A stretch of DNA of 64,000 bases, taken from positions 1,364,001 through 1,428,000 of the forward strand of contig OZ287069.1 in NCBI GenBank assembly GCA_965645245.1, written 5' to 3'. The translations under genes and the position numbers were made by a program. The notes under the pieces are model-generated. The model was not told the DNA's origin and did not search any database. It saw only the letters and a program-made list of their open reading frames with translations. The stretch's first letter is position 1; each line of letters begins with the position of its first letter. Of this stretch, positions 35,201 through 47,300 are shown one piece after another. Source of the DNA: Massalongia carnosa (Eukaryota).

Positions 35201-37772
35201 ATCATTTGAACGATTGTTCGGTTATATCGTTCCGCAACTCCATTCTGTTCTGGAGTATACGGTGTAGTGGGTTCAGCGCGAATGCCATCGGGTCGAATAA
35301 GTTCCATGAATTTCTTGTACTCCTTAGCATTGTCGCATCGGAATTTGATTACCTGCTGATTCTTTTCTCTTTCAACGACATCGATCCATTCTTTGATAGC
35401 TCCATAAATGGTTCGTCGGTTTTTAAGGAGAATTAGCCAGGACTTCCGTGTAAAGTCATCAATCAATGAAATAAAGTACGAATGGCCTCCGAGGCTAGCC
35501 GTACGATAGGGGCCCCAGATATCCGTGTGAATCCTGGCCAATGGCCGGACTGTTTTCGAAAACGGCTCGTGACTGACCACTCGAGTTAAATTGGTAAAGT
35601 TGCAGATAGAACATGAAAGTTGTGTAACAGTTGGTGAAAAGGAAGTTATTCCAGACGCATAGCGGTGTAAATCCTGGAGTCGTTTTGGGCTAGGGTGACC
35701 CATTCGGGCGTGCCACAGCCTGTATTCACGCTCTTCTGGCCTTTCTTGACCTACAGGTGATACCGATTTTTCTCGCGTGCAATCTCTTGCTGTTATTGTA
35801 GGCTTGTTCGACGATTTAGGATCTTCGGGGTTGGCTTCCTCGATATTTTCGCTGATTTCCGCGAATGCCTGTAAGGCAACCTGAGAGGTCCGCAAGAAAT
35901 ACGTACGTCCTCTAAGAAAACCGCTGGCCACTGAGGTACCCTTCCGCAGGATCTCCACACCTTCTCCATGAAACAAGACATTTAACCCCTTTTTGTTTAA
36001 TGCCGAAATAGACAGTAGATTTGCATCCAGTTGGGGTACGTATAAAACGTCGGTCATGCGAATGGCAACACCATCGATATCCACAGAAATATCACCCTTA
36101 CCCTTGCTCCAAAGCCTCTGGCCATTAGCAATTCGAATTGGGGTGCGGTGGTATTCGAATTTCGTGAAGATATTTCGCATATAGGTCATATGACGTGAAG
36201 CACCAGAGTCTAGCATCCAGCCACTAATTTTATCCTCTGCACCTTCACGGACTTCAAAAATTTCTTCTAATTTTTCAACTTTCTCATCAATAACCTCCTC
36301 TTTTATATCCACGGCCATCCACCCCTCATCCTCACTGGCACCATCGTCAAAGTCCTCTTCATTGGCCGGCCGGGCAGTGCCTTTGCTTCGGCCACTGAAG
36401 TTGGAAGAACTGGTATTGCTCGTGGAGGTAGGCCTAGTGGTACTCCGTGATTTCAATTTGGGTACAGGTTTTGATGTTTCGGATTTGGACTTCGGTTTCC
36501 TCCGTTGCTCAGGATGGGTGCGTTCCCATTCCTGGCCTTCGTCGGTGTCATCGAGCCAGCTCCAGCAATAGATTCGGATATGTCCAAGTTTCCCGCAATG
36601 GTCGCACTTCTTTGGTGGCCCTTTACCCTTTTTTGCATCCGCTCGATGGGCATCCTCGACAGAGTCATCCTTTTCGAATTTTAGTCGCTGCTCCGTCGCT
36701 TTCAAGGCCTCCTTAGTTGCTTCCAAGGTAAGCTCGGGTTCCCGTTCCAATAAAAGCTTTGTTGTATCAAATGCAGGGTCCTCCACGGCACTCATCAGGG
36801 CTATGGCCATCAACGCATCGTGAGGCTCAAACTCCGATTTTATGTCCGCAATCTGGACTCGTAAGGTCTCAAGGGCCCCTGCTATATCATCGATGGAGTC
36901 GCTGGATCCAGCCTTGTAGGTATAGAATCGCTTCAATAATTAGTTGATTCTTCCTCTGGCGTGGACTCCATGGACCTTCTTTAGAGCGTCCCAGGCGGCT
37001 TTGGATGTTGTTTTGTTTCGAAGGTGAGTCAATTGGCTTTTCTCACAGTTGGCCCGTATCCATTTCAATGCGTTGGTATCATCGTGGTCCCATTCGTCAA
37101 AGTCTTTTGGTCGGGTTACTGTATCTGGTTGAGGGGTTTTTCCTTCTACTAACTTGAGGACTCTCATAGATTTAAGCTGAATCCACATCTCTTCCGCCCA
37201 GGTTAAATAATTATCGGCACCTAGCTTGGGCTCTACCCTTATATGCCCTTTCCTTACCGCTTTTGTATACTGCCCATCGGGGCCAGAAGATGAAGAGGAA
37301 GGAGGGGAAGGGCTGGTCATACTTGCTGGTGTATTAGGGTCTGTGGAGTCACTTTGGTCCGCCATCTCGTTATGTATAACCTCGAAACTGACACAAGAAA
37401 ATCACTCGGCAGCACTATAGGCTAACCGGGCTCATAACCTGTTTAAAATAGGAGGGATGGATGGAGAATGATGGACCCAATGCACAGAAAAATAGGTGGC
37501 AGAGTGCCAGAAGTCTCTGGATAGTACAGAACTTCTATGAATGAAATAATTCAGATTATTGCGACTAATCTCTAAGCTATGCGTAAGAGTGATGTTATAT
37601 ACATGTTGATCACAGAACATTCGAGATTCTCCTCGAACGTCTATAGACCTGAATTTCTAAGCATCGAAGATACCAGAAATTCTCAGATGTAACTATTCCC
37701 ATATCAGTAAAATACGCGAGGGCATTCGCATATTACGTCAGATATGATCTAGTTAGCTTGGCAATCGCAACA
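32279..37772 (-). mobile_element. Ty1/copia LTR retrotransposon, full length, polyprotein (37365-32792) with several in-frame stops
   Basis: LTRs at 32279-32610 and 37440-37772, about 5 substitutions and 1 indel seen. TSD AAAAC. PBS at 37428-37439. Motifs WMLDSGASRHM, HTDIWGP, LYVDD, ADIFTKPL. Stops at 36940, 35158, ~34975 and 34414. Gag N-terminus resembles the copia at 4936. Confidence 0.93.
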
Positions 37773-39443
37773 AAAACATAGTATGTTCAATGAACCTCGA
37801 GAATGGGTGTCATTAATCGAGGCCATTTGTACTACTGGCCGGAGTCTACCCCTCTTCTGATGAATAGTAAAATTCATGTATAGGTATAATAGCATGATTG
37901 TCATTGAAGGTATAGATTATATGTGAGCTATCTACTTCATTATATAGCAGTCACGTTGGAGACCTTTCGGCGACCCTTTTCATAAGGAGTCAGCCGGTCC
38001 ACTGAATCTCGGTCCCCGGAGGTCACCTCGGTCCCCGTGGTAGAGTCACCGAAGATAAGCACTAGATGAATGCCCATGATGGTAGTCCCTACCATCTGAC
38101 ATCTTCGTTGTTTTCAAAGGGGTAAACAAACAGAAGGCCTGGTAGGATCTCTTGAAAGATGTTCACAGCGAGATCGCTACCAGCGAAAATGGATGGACAG
38201 ACAACGAACTGAGTGTCGATTGACTGAAAAGATGCTTTGAACCTGCTACAGCAAGATATTTACAGGGAAATTATCGACTTTTGATGATAGATGGTCATGT
38301 TTCTCATATTTCTACTGAATTCATTAAGTTTTGCAACGAGAAGAAAATCGTTCCTTTATGTTTATCTCCTCATACTACACATTTACTACAATCTCTAGAC
38401 GTGAGCGTTTTCGGACCTCTATCACGAGAATACAAAAAACAGTTGGAGATCGTCACTTGATTCAACGTCTGTTCTGTCGACAAGGTGGACTTTCTGAAGA
38501 TCATACAAAAAGTAAGGAAAGAAGCAATCAGCAAAAAAAACGTGTTGACCGCATGGAGAGCCACCGGATTAGTGTCATACAATCCTTCCTTAGTTCTTCG
38601 GAAACTCACTAACAAACAATCGGTGTTGCGAAAAACTGACAGCATCACTACCACCACCACCACCACCACCACCATCACCACTACCACTATCACCACTGTT
38701 ACAAGAACCTCGAGTGTCGGGATTAATCCGAAGATCATGTCGGCCTCTGATCCTGATACTCCGACAGTTCTTCAGAATTCTCAGCAAGCTGTCATCGAAA
38801 TAGAAAAGACACCTGCAAATATCGACCAAGTAAATCAACTGATTCGTCGAATTAGAAATGATGAAAATTCAGACTCGACACCCGCTCGAGCGCTAAGCAA
38901 ATTGATAAAAGGGGCCAAATATGCCTTTGCTGACTCTACCTTGCTTCGAATTACCAACAACGAGCTTCTTCAGGCCAATGTACGGCGGCATCATAAAGTC
39001 AATCGTAGCGGAGCTCACTTTGGTGGAAAGGCTCGAGTCCTCAGCCTCGAAGACCTTCAACAAAGACAGTAATAGGCTAAAGATCAACAGAAGATAAAGG
39101 ACGACAAAAAGAAAGCCGCTCAATTAAAACGAGCGAAGCAAGACCTTAAAAAAGCATTCAAAGAATGTGTCGATTTGGGCATGATTTACTAAGACAAACG
39201 TCTCCCGCATCCCAATCGAAAAGTCCTCAGAAAGCATTCTGTAGTTCACAAAAAAGGCCTAATAGTCCTTCGAAAAGACGATTACTACCCCTCCTCATGC
39301 TCTATTCAATCACAGAAGTGAAAGAGACAGTAGAAGGGGCAAAAGAGATGAATAAGATGAAGGAGGTGGAGGAGGTGAAGGCGGTGGAGGAGGTTCAAAC
39401 TATCGGACGAGGTCGTATTGTTCGTCCATCACATAAAATGTGA
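37773..39443 (+). pseudogene. Second pogo/Fot1-type transposase remnant (5' part missing)
   Basis: Motifs REWVSLIEAIC, SENGWTDNEL, LLMIDGHVSH and HTTHLLQSLDVSVF, with stops and frameshifts. Poly-Thr from an (ACC)n run at ~38645-38695. Confidence 0.82.
37858..38101 (-). mobile_element. 244-bp solo LTR
   Basis: TG...CA termini and TSD TCTTC (37853-37857, 38102-38106). Removing it restores SLPLF|VVFKG of the pogo transposase. Confidence 0.85.
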
Positions 39444-40568
39444 TCGTTTCAGTGAACTTACATGCAGTTAAATTATCATTCTTAGACAATAAAGCCGAAA
39501 TTGTTATTGGAGGGAGAATTGATCACCTTGGTGATACGAATATTTGGAAGGGATAGTTTATTTGTGTACTATCTGCAGAGATTTTACCTGAACTCCTAAA
39601 ATGCAAGCTAGCCTAATTGGGTAATCGCAGTCACCAACTGCCTGACCACAATCTAGTGAGGCTAACACAGGCTAATGTGACGAAGCGAGATAGTGAATAG
39701 ATTTCTACCATTGCGCCACCTGTCCTCCCGACCAAAAGGCACAATACTTAGTCCGCAGACCAAGCTCTATTCTACTATAACTGGGACTCCTGCTATGTTC
39801 GCTGTAGGTCCTGCCGTCCGCACCACGCTTGGTCGAACCGTTACAGCTAACATCAACTAAAATGGGTAAGAGGAAGGCTTCAAAGGTTAAACGAAATCTA
39901 GTTAGTCCCGTTGAGCGGTTTGTCCTGTTGACTAGTGAATTACGTTAGCAAAGATAAGTCTACTATCGCACTCCGCCAAACAACTTATCTAAAGAAAATC
40001 CTCGACCGGTTTAGCATGACTAATTGCAAGCCTATTTCAACCCTCATGAAACCTTGAATCGGAAACATTCTCATGCCATCCGAAGACCAGGCTGATAAAG
40101 AGACTATATCATAGTATCAGTCTCTGATAGGGTCTCTCATGTGGCTCGCCATGCATACAAGGCCTGATATAGTCTATGCAATGAGAGTTCTAAGCAGATA
40201 TTGCTTCAATTCAGGTGCTGATCACTGCAATCATCTACAGAAATTGCTACGATATATTTCGAGCACCCTAACAAGAGGTCTGATATTCCGGAGAGATTCT
40301 GACGAGGATATAACCGGCTATTCTGACTCGGACTTCGCTGAAGGATGGGAGAAGATCTATCGGTGAATATTTTTTCATGTTAGTAGACGATTCGATATCT
40401 CATTCATCGAAACTACAAACTACGATGGCGCTATCCTCTTGCGAAGCAGAATACATGACATTAACGGAGGCTATCAAGGAAGCTCTATGATGCTCTCGTT
40501 TTCTCAACGAACTGGGATTTCGGGAGGCCAATTTACCAATTCTACTGCGAGGAGATAATCAAGGTGCT

Positions 40569-40998
40569 CCACCACAGAACGCATCAAGGAACGCTGGGAC
40601 TCCAAATGGAAGACGTACCAGAACCGCATTCCCCGCCCGACAGAGGCACAGTTGGGATCTCTCAGTAGGACGAGACTGAAGATTCACAACAACCTGATGA
40701 AAGCGGAAAGCGCGCTAACCACGCAAATCCGCACCGAAAAAATAGGCTTGGCAAACTCCCTGTTCAATCGTCGGGTACAGGGCGTTATGACCCCTGATAA
40801 CTCTCAATTTGTCAAGGATTTCATAGAACATCGAGCGAAGAATGTAGTCCAGAAACGGAACACGTTTGGGATAATGGCGCAGTCTGCATGGTTTTTATCC
40901 CTTTAAAAGGTTTTCCCTGTAAGAATAAGTAGATAGCCCGCATGGGCCGGCCTTCGACCGGTGTCAGATCGGTACAAGAATCAATCATCATCATCATC
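40569..40998 (+). mobile_element. 5'-truncated non-LTR (LINE, Tad1-like) 3' fragment
   Basis: Flanked by a 12-14 bp TSD (AT)AATCAAGGTGCT (40555-40568, 40999-41012). (CAT)n tail at ~40986-41000. KAESALTTQIRTEKIGL resembles the C-terminal region of fungal LINE ORF2. Confidence 0.75.
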
Positions 40999-41051
40999 AT
41001 AATCAAGGTGCTATAGCTCTCACCGAAAATCCTGAATTCCACCGAAGAATC

Positions 41052-41157
41052 TGTTGAAACTTGAGACGGTTGATTATTCTATAGAGGGAGAGCGGCTAAT
41101 ATACATTCAGCTGACTAAGCATAGAAACTTCCAGAACGAGGGCAGTGCAATTCAACA
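41052..41157. mobile_element. 106-bp miniature solo LTR
   Basis: TGTTGAA...TTCAACA termini and TSD GAATC. Removing it restores NPEFHRRIKNIEIQWHWIR of copia RNase H. Confidence 0.8.
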
Positions 41158-42243
41158 GAATCAAAAATATCGAAATCCAAATGGCACTGGATAAGAGACG
41201 TAGTCAAAGAGGGAAAGGTCAAAATAGAGTATATTCGTACTAACGAAATGGTAGCAGATGGGCTGACTAAGCCACTGCCCTCTAAGACTTTCAACTCCTT
41301 CGTAAACATGATGGGTATGGGGCAAATCACTAATAAAAATCTCCAAATAGCCTTACTGAATGGTTGAATGGGAGTGTTAGGTGAGACAGCCATCCTATGT
41401 GCCGTGCCAGACGGCAACATAACGGCTTGGGAATAACGTCTCAGGTGATCCGCACAAGGCTAGCTAATGAGGTGGTACGGCAGGGAGATTCAAGGCAAAC
41501 CTGCCCTGCCACTGTGCCTGCTCTCGATCTTATTCATCTCTCATCTATCTAGCTATATAAACATAGTAGATAGCCACCTAGATAGAACAATCAATCCTTC
41601 CCACACATACTATTACCTACCTATTTAACTCAACAAATCAAGACTTCAATATTTATCTTCGTATCTCGTAGGTTCAAGAGTCTTTCAGCCTCATCGTCGT
41701 TAGATTTCTTTACAAGACACATATATTAGACTCAAGATTTCTTGCCTGGATGAACTTCGATAACTTTGCAAGAACCTTGATGAAGTTTAAATTATCATCA
41801 GTACCGTTAATGCATTACAATGTCAACGATAGACGTTCCCGAATCATGATTACAACAAGGCTGAGAGGCACAGTTTATACAATTAGTTCACCACAAGGCT
41901 GTAGCCTACAATGCTGCTTTCAGAATGCACCGCCCCCATACAGCTTTCGCCATCTAGACTCCTTACTAGTCAATTTGAGTGTTTTGAGCATTCCTGGTGG
42001 TGTGCAATGCTTTTTCAGGCCGCCGACCAGCCAGAGCATCATGCAGATAGACAGAGACTCGAAACAGAAAGGCCACCGCCCCCTTCACTTTTTCCTGTTA
42101 TTTTGATTATTAAAAGATTCGATTGCTGTTCCTCTTGTCGTTTTTGAAGCTTATGCTACATTCTTGCTTGTTCCGTTTCTTGTTAAATGAACGTGAAAAT
42201 ACAAATCGGGCATTAACGCTGCTTCTCCTTCTCACTCATCATT

Positions 42244-43673
42244 ATGCATTTGAATGTAATGATCCTCCTGTCGGCAGCTGCGCTCACGCCTTGCATCTCT
42301 GCGTATGGAGGACCGAAAGGTGTTGCTCTCTACAGAAGACAAGTTACTCAGTCAGCTTCCCTATCAGCAACAGCGACCAGCATGACTGCTCTAGCATCTA
42401 CGACCTCCTCGCCCCCAAATGAGTTCACCGAATCCTTCAATATCACTCTTAATGGGCAGATTTTCCCTCCTAGCGTACACATAGGGGACGTGAACTCACT
42501 CACGTAAGTTGGAGAAGTTTAGCTTTTTAGTGTAAAGTATTTAACAGTCTCTCAGGACCACTGATTTTACCATCGACTGCGTTCATTGTGCAATCACTGG
42601 TAACATTAGCCTTTCTGGAGGCGGCGATATCTTGGGCGATAACATCAAGCCTCCCCCCGATGTCCAAAAAATCCACTCAGACTTCCACTTTAAAGACTAC
42701 TGGGTTGCTGCTACATTTGACAACTTCGATGCCTTTTTCGAATTCAGGATTGACTTGAACGCGTCTTCCCCTCACAATGAAATCATGGTGCCAATTCCAT
42801 ATACAAAGACATTGGCGAAAACAGTAAGCCTCTTGCTGAAGCTTCAAAAAAACGACCTTGACTTGATCAAATAGATCGGCATTCTCACACTTTCGGCTAC
42901 TTTAAACACCGAAATTCATGGATGGGTCAATACTACGAATGATGTCAACCTCACCTACGGCTTTAATCTTTCGGTAAGAAATAGAGTGCGTATCCTTTGA
43001 TGAGCACACGAATTTACAATCAAACAGGTTCCACCGGGATCCGAAATCATCGTTGATCTAAGTGACACTGAGCACTCTATTACTCTTGGATTGTAAGCAC
43101 TCCCAATGGCACGATCAGCATTTCGTAAAGCCTGACGTTAACTGCAGCAACGAATCAACCCTGACCCCAATTCCCTTCAATTCAACCCGCAGCGACCTCA
43201 ACATTGACTTCGAGATCTCCTTCCGTCCATCCGTCGTATTTGTCGTGGCCGTCGACGCATTCGTTGCCGGCGCCTCCGTCCAACTCACTGTCGACCTCGA
43301 CATCCCAAAACTCGACGTCGAGATCAAGCAAGTCCATAACGTGACGTCCAACTGCGATCCTGCACCGGCATTCACGCCGACCGATCATGTCTTCCGGAAT
43401 GCCACCCTTCTCGTGCCATCGATCGGGTTCGACGCTATTGAGAGTTTCAATGAGACAGCCTACTTCCTAGGCGCCGAGCTGTCGGGGGCCCAGCATTTCG
43501 AGCAGAGTAAATCTATCAATCTCACGACGGCTTGCTACTATTTTGACGCGACCAAGAAAAAAATGGTCCCGGCATCTGCGGCTAAGCTGCCACTGTCACT
43601 GGCTGCAGGATTTCACGTCCCACCCGCCATGGCTTTTTTGGCAATGGCTATGGTTGGATTTATGCTAATGTGA
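42244..43673 (+). CDS. Secreted, probably GPI-anchored hypothetical protein, 5 exons (42244-42503, 42556-42823, 42875-42973, 43028-43092, 43148-43673), 405 aa
   Basis: Four 51-55 nt GTAAG..AG introns give an uninterrupted 1218-nt frame. Hydrophobic N-terminal signal peptide, Ser/Thr-rich segment, many N-x-S/T sites, Cys motifs (DCVHC, NCDP, ACYY), and a hydrophobic C-terminal tail. Confidence 0.85.
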
Positions 43674-44123
43674 TTGCTAGTTGTGCGGCATCGTTAATAA
43701 TGGACGGGTCCTTTCAGGACTCGTTATGGTTAGTATAATATTTGATGATCTATGAGCTGTAGCCTTTGCATGTTTATTTGCTTAAGTTGAAAATTGTCTA
43801 TCTTGTAGAATTTCATGAATCAAGAGAGAAATTCAAGGGATCATCGCTCTCGTTCAGTGACTTATCAAGCCGAGACTTTGTTTTTCAACAAAATATGATT
43901 GACCCTGCCTGTCATGTTTGCGTGGTGTCGTCCGCGGCGTATGACTCTACTATAAAGAGCTGCCTGCAAGTTTCTACTATCTAGGATTTTATTTCCCAAA
44001 TATTCGTGTCTCGGCCTCGTCAAAGTGTAAGACACGAATAAATGAAAACCTAACGAAATTATGTTTTACATATCCTCGCATAAGTCCTAAAGTAGTTCGC
44101 GGGCCCTGTCGTGTCGTTTGAAC

Positions 44124-44217
44124 TGTGACGGTTCAACCAGGATGTGGAATTGACTATCTACTGGGAAGCTATACAATAGAAAATATCAAAGATGCAGAAA
44201 GGAAACAAGCAAAAGAT
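44124..44217 (-). mobile_element. Partial LTR of the family at 25867-26244, truncated by the adjacent gypsy LTR
   Basis: Reverse complement of ~26153-26244 with a few substitutions. Confidence 0.8.
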
Positions 44218-44388
44218 TGAGGGATAAAACGAGTTCAATTTCAATAGCCTAGTTCTACACCAAAATCTTCAGACGAAGTCTAAAAGCTTTACTCGGGCGG
44301 AGTTCTATATAACCCCTGAAAAGTCGGTTCCTCGGCACATTACCTAATCGATGCTAGTCTGATGTCAGGTGACCTCAGGACCCTGACA

Positions 44389-47300
44389 CTACCCCTCCTC
44401 TGAGACGGCGGCTCCGGACGTCGATGGTTGACTGTTATTCATGAATAGGACATCCTTTGGGGCGTTGGGTTTTCCTTTATTGTCTGTATGAAATTTTCTG
44501 ATTTCTTCTTTGGCGCGAATGAAATCAGTCCATGGCTGCCAAGGTGGGTTTGCGTTCCAGTCATCCCATGAGCCGATATAGGTTGCTTTATACTGAGTGC
44601 CGTATTTCTTAGTTTCACGGCAGTCGACGATTTCGAGGACTTCATATTCTTCATGAGGACTGGATTCGGCGTCTTCTTGAATCAGTATCGGGGGACCCGG
44701 TTCAATAAGTTGACCGGGGAATGGGTTCGTAGGAGCCAGATGAAGTTTCCATGGATGAAATATGGGTGTGAGCCCCACTCTTTTCAAGTGTTCGGGAATT
44801 TCCAATTCATAGGCCTTGTTATCTATGTTTCGGATGATTTTCCATGGCCCCGCGTTTTTGGAACTCAGGGAGCGACTCTGCTTGTCGACGGAGAAATCTT
44901 TGGTGTTGACATATACCATGTCTCCTATCTTGTAGTCTGGATGTGGGGCCCGCGACTCATTGGCATATCTCATCTGATCTGCCTGTGCCCAGGTTAGGTG
45001 CTCGATAAGCCATTTGGTCATGGCTTCTTGTCGGGCGGTTATTTTGTCTGCCGACATCAGTTCCGCGCGTCCGGTGACATTTGAGTCAAAAGGCTGAGGC
45101 GGCTCCGAGCCACTACGAGGGTGATAACCGTGATCAGCGAAGAAGGGGGACATTCCGGTTGAAGCGTTCGTATGATTATTGACTGCAAATTCGGCATCTG
45201 GTAAGTAGTCCACCCAGTCGTCTTGAGCATGTCTGACGTATGCTCTCAGGTAGTTCTTCATAACCTTATTCGCATTTTCGGTTTGACCATCTGTTTCTGG
45301 ATGATGCGCGGAGGACGGTTTCGATTTGACTCCTAATCGCTGACAAATTCGCTTCCACAGATGGGCTGTCAATTGCGTCCCGCGATCGTGGACGATGGAG
45401 TTTGGCAAGCCGTATGTTGAAAAGACCCGACGTTTGAGGACTTCTAGTACGTCCTTCGTGCCTATATCCACCATAGGTTCGTACAACCTACGTTTGGTCA
45501 ATCTGTCCACGATAACCAAGATATTTTCGTACGTCCGGCCCCGTCTGTGACATTTGGGCAGTTTGACTACAAAGTCCAGAGATAAGTCTGTCCATTTTCT
45601 TTGAGGTATGGGTAGTGGGGCTAATAGTCCCTGTTTCTGATCGTTGTACGCCTTGGACCTTCGGCATGTAGAGCAGTTAGTAGCGTATCTTCGACAATCA
45701 TCCTTCATGGACATCCAGAAATAGTTCTCCAGCATTTTGGCATACATGCCTCGATACCCGGGGTGTCCTTGCATCGGGGGATTATGATGATCCGATAAAA
45801 GACGCAGCTTCAGCTTGTCGAAATTCGGAATGAAGAGGCGTGTTTTGTAGTATAGTCTTTCGTGACGGACTTCCAAGTCACCCATCGCCAGTCTCAGCCC
45901 GTTGCTTAGAATTTTATCGGGCAATTTCTTCAGATTTTCCAACTTAGCCTTCATGACTTCCTGAATCATTGCGTCTTCTTGATATGCCTCCGCTAAAAGA
46001 TTTTCTAATAATTCATCAGGCTTTTCTGCATCCGAATCATCATTCGAATTGATTGTGAACTCCTCTACCGTCAAGTCCTCTACTTCCTCATCCCTGATTT
46101 GATCGGATGAGTCAGTAGTAATGTTGTCTTCAACCCGTTCTCGATTGGCCATGGATCTGGTTGTCACGTACAGCTTCAGGTCCTGTTTCACTTCATCGTC
46201 CAGCTGATTTTCTTTTAGCAGCACCTGATATTGATATCTGGTGCGATCATCCTCCGCGTCCATCGGCAGATCTTGCTCTCTTCTGGTGAGGGCGTCCGGT
46301 TTGCCCCCTTGCTTGCCTGGTCTATACATAATGCGAAAATTATATTCCGCCAGCATCTCAGCCCAACGCACTTGACGGCGATTTAGTTGTTTCAAAGTCA
46401 TGAAGGTCTCCAGATTCTTATGATCTGAGTAGACCTTTGTTGATTGCTCCACTCCCGCTAGCTCCGGTCTCCAGATGACGAAACTTTCTACGATGGCTAG
46501 GAGTTCTTTATCGTAGATCTCATAATTGCATTCGGCGGGGCTCATCTTCTTCGAGAAATAAGCCACGGGTTTCAGAACGCCTTCATGCATCTGAGAGAGT
46601 ATCCCCGATACTACGAAGTCAGATGCGTCTGTCTCCACCCAGGTCTCTAGCCTTGGGTCGTAATGAGCAAGAATCGGCGCAGAGGTAAAAGAAATCTTCA
46701 TGTCTTCGAAAGCTTGCTGACATTCAGTGGTCCACACGAAGTCTTGATACTTGGTGCGTCTCTTTCCGCCTTTCGTGACATATTGCTCTCCGCGGGTTAG
46801 CTCGGTCAGACACTTCACCTTTTCGGAGAATCGCTCAATGAAGCGACGATAGAAGTTAGCGAATCCAAGAAAGGACTGCACCTCTTTTACTGACGCGGGC
46901 GTCTTCCATTCTAGTATGGCCGTCACCTTTTCTGGGTCCATTCTAACGCCATTCACCCCTACGAACATTCCGAGGTACTTGACTTCGGAGACAGAGAATT
47001 CACACTTGTCTATGTCCAGTTGAAGTCCTCTTTCTTTCAGACGACGAAGTACCTTCAGTACCTGCTCGATGTGCTCCGTTTCTGTTTCACTGAACACCAG
47101 TACGTCGTCCAGATAGGCGGTGACGAAATAATCTAAGTATTCTCGCAGGGAGTTATTGATATAGCTCTGAAATGTTGATGGAGCGTTGCATAGTCCGAAG
47201 GGCATCACAAGATATTCAAATTGACCGTATCGAGTATTGAACGCCGTGAGCCACTCTTGTCCCTCTTTAATCCTCATCCTATTGAATGCATGAATGACGT

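Larger units (their letters stand above)
39950..41635 (+). mobile_element. Decayed 3' part of a copia element (RT end, RNase H, PPT, 3' LTR 41375-41635)
   Basis: Motifs TRPDI, GYSDSDFA, LSSCEAEY, GDNQGA, MVADGLTKPL with several stops. PPT GGGAG then TGTTAG...CAACA. The left boundary is approximate. Confidence 0.82.

Noticed and set aside
38370..38738. Poly-Val membrane protein on the minus strand
   Set aside because: Antisense reading of an (ACC)n microsatellite inside the pogo remnant.
39502..39852. Possible solo LTR (TGTTA...TAACA)
   Set aside because: Flanks GAAAT and TCAAC do not form a TSD and no second copy was seen in the window, so it is left unannotated.
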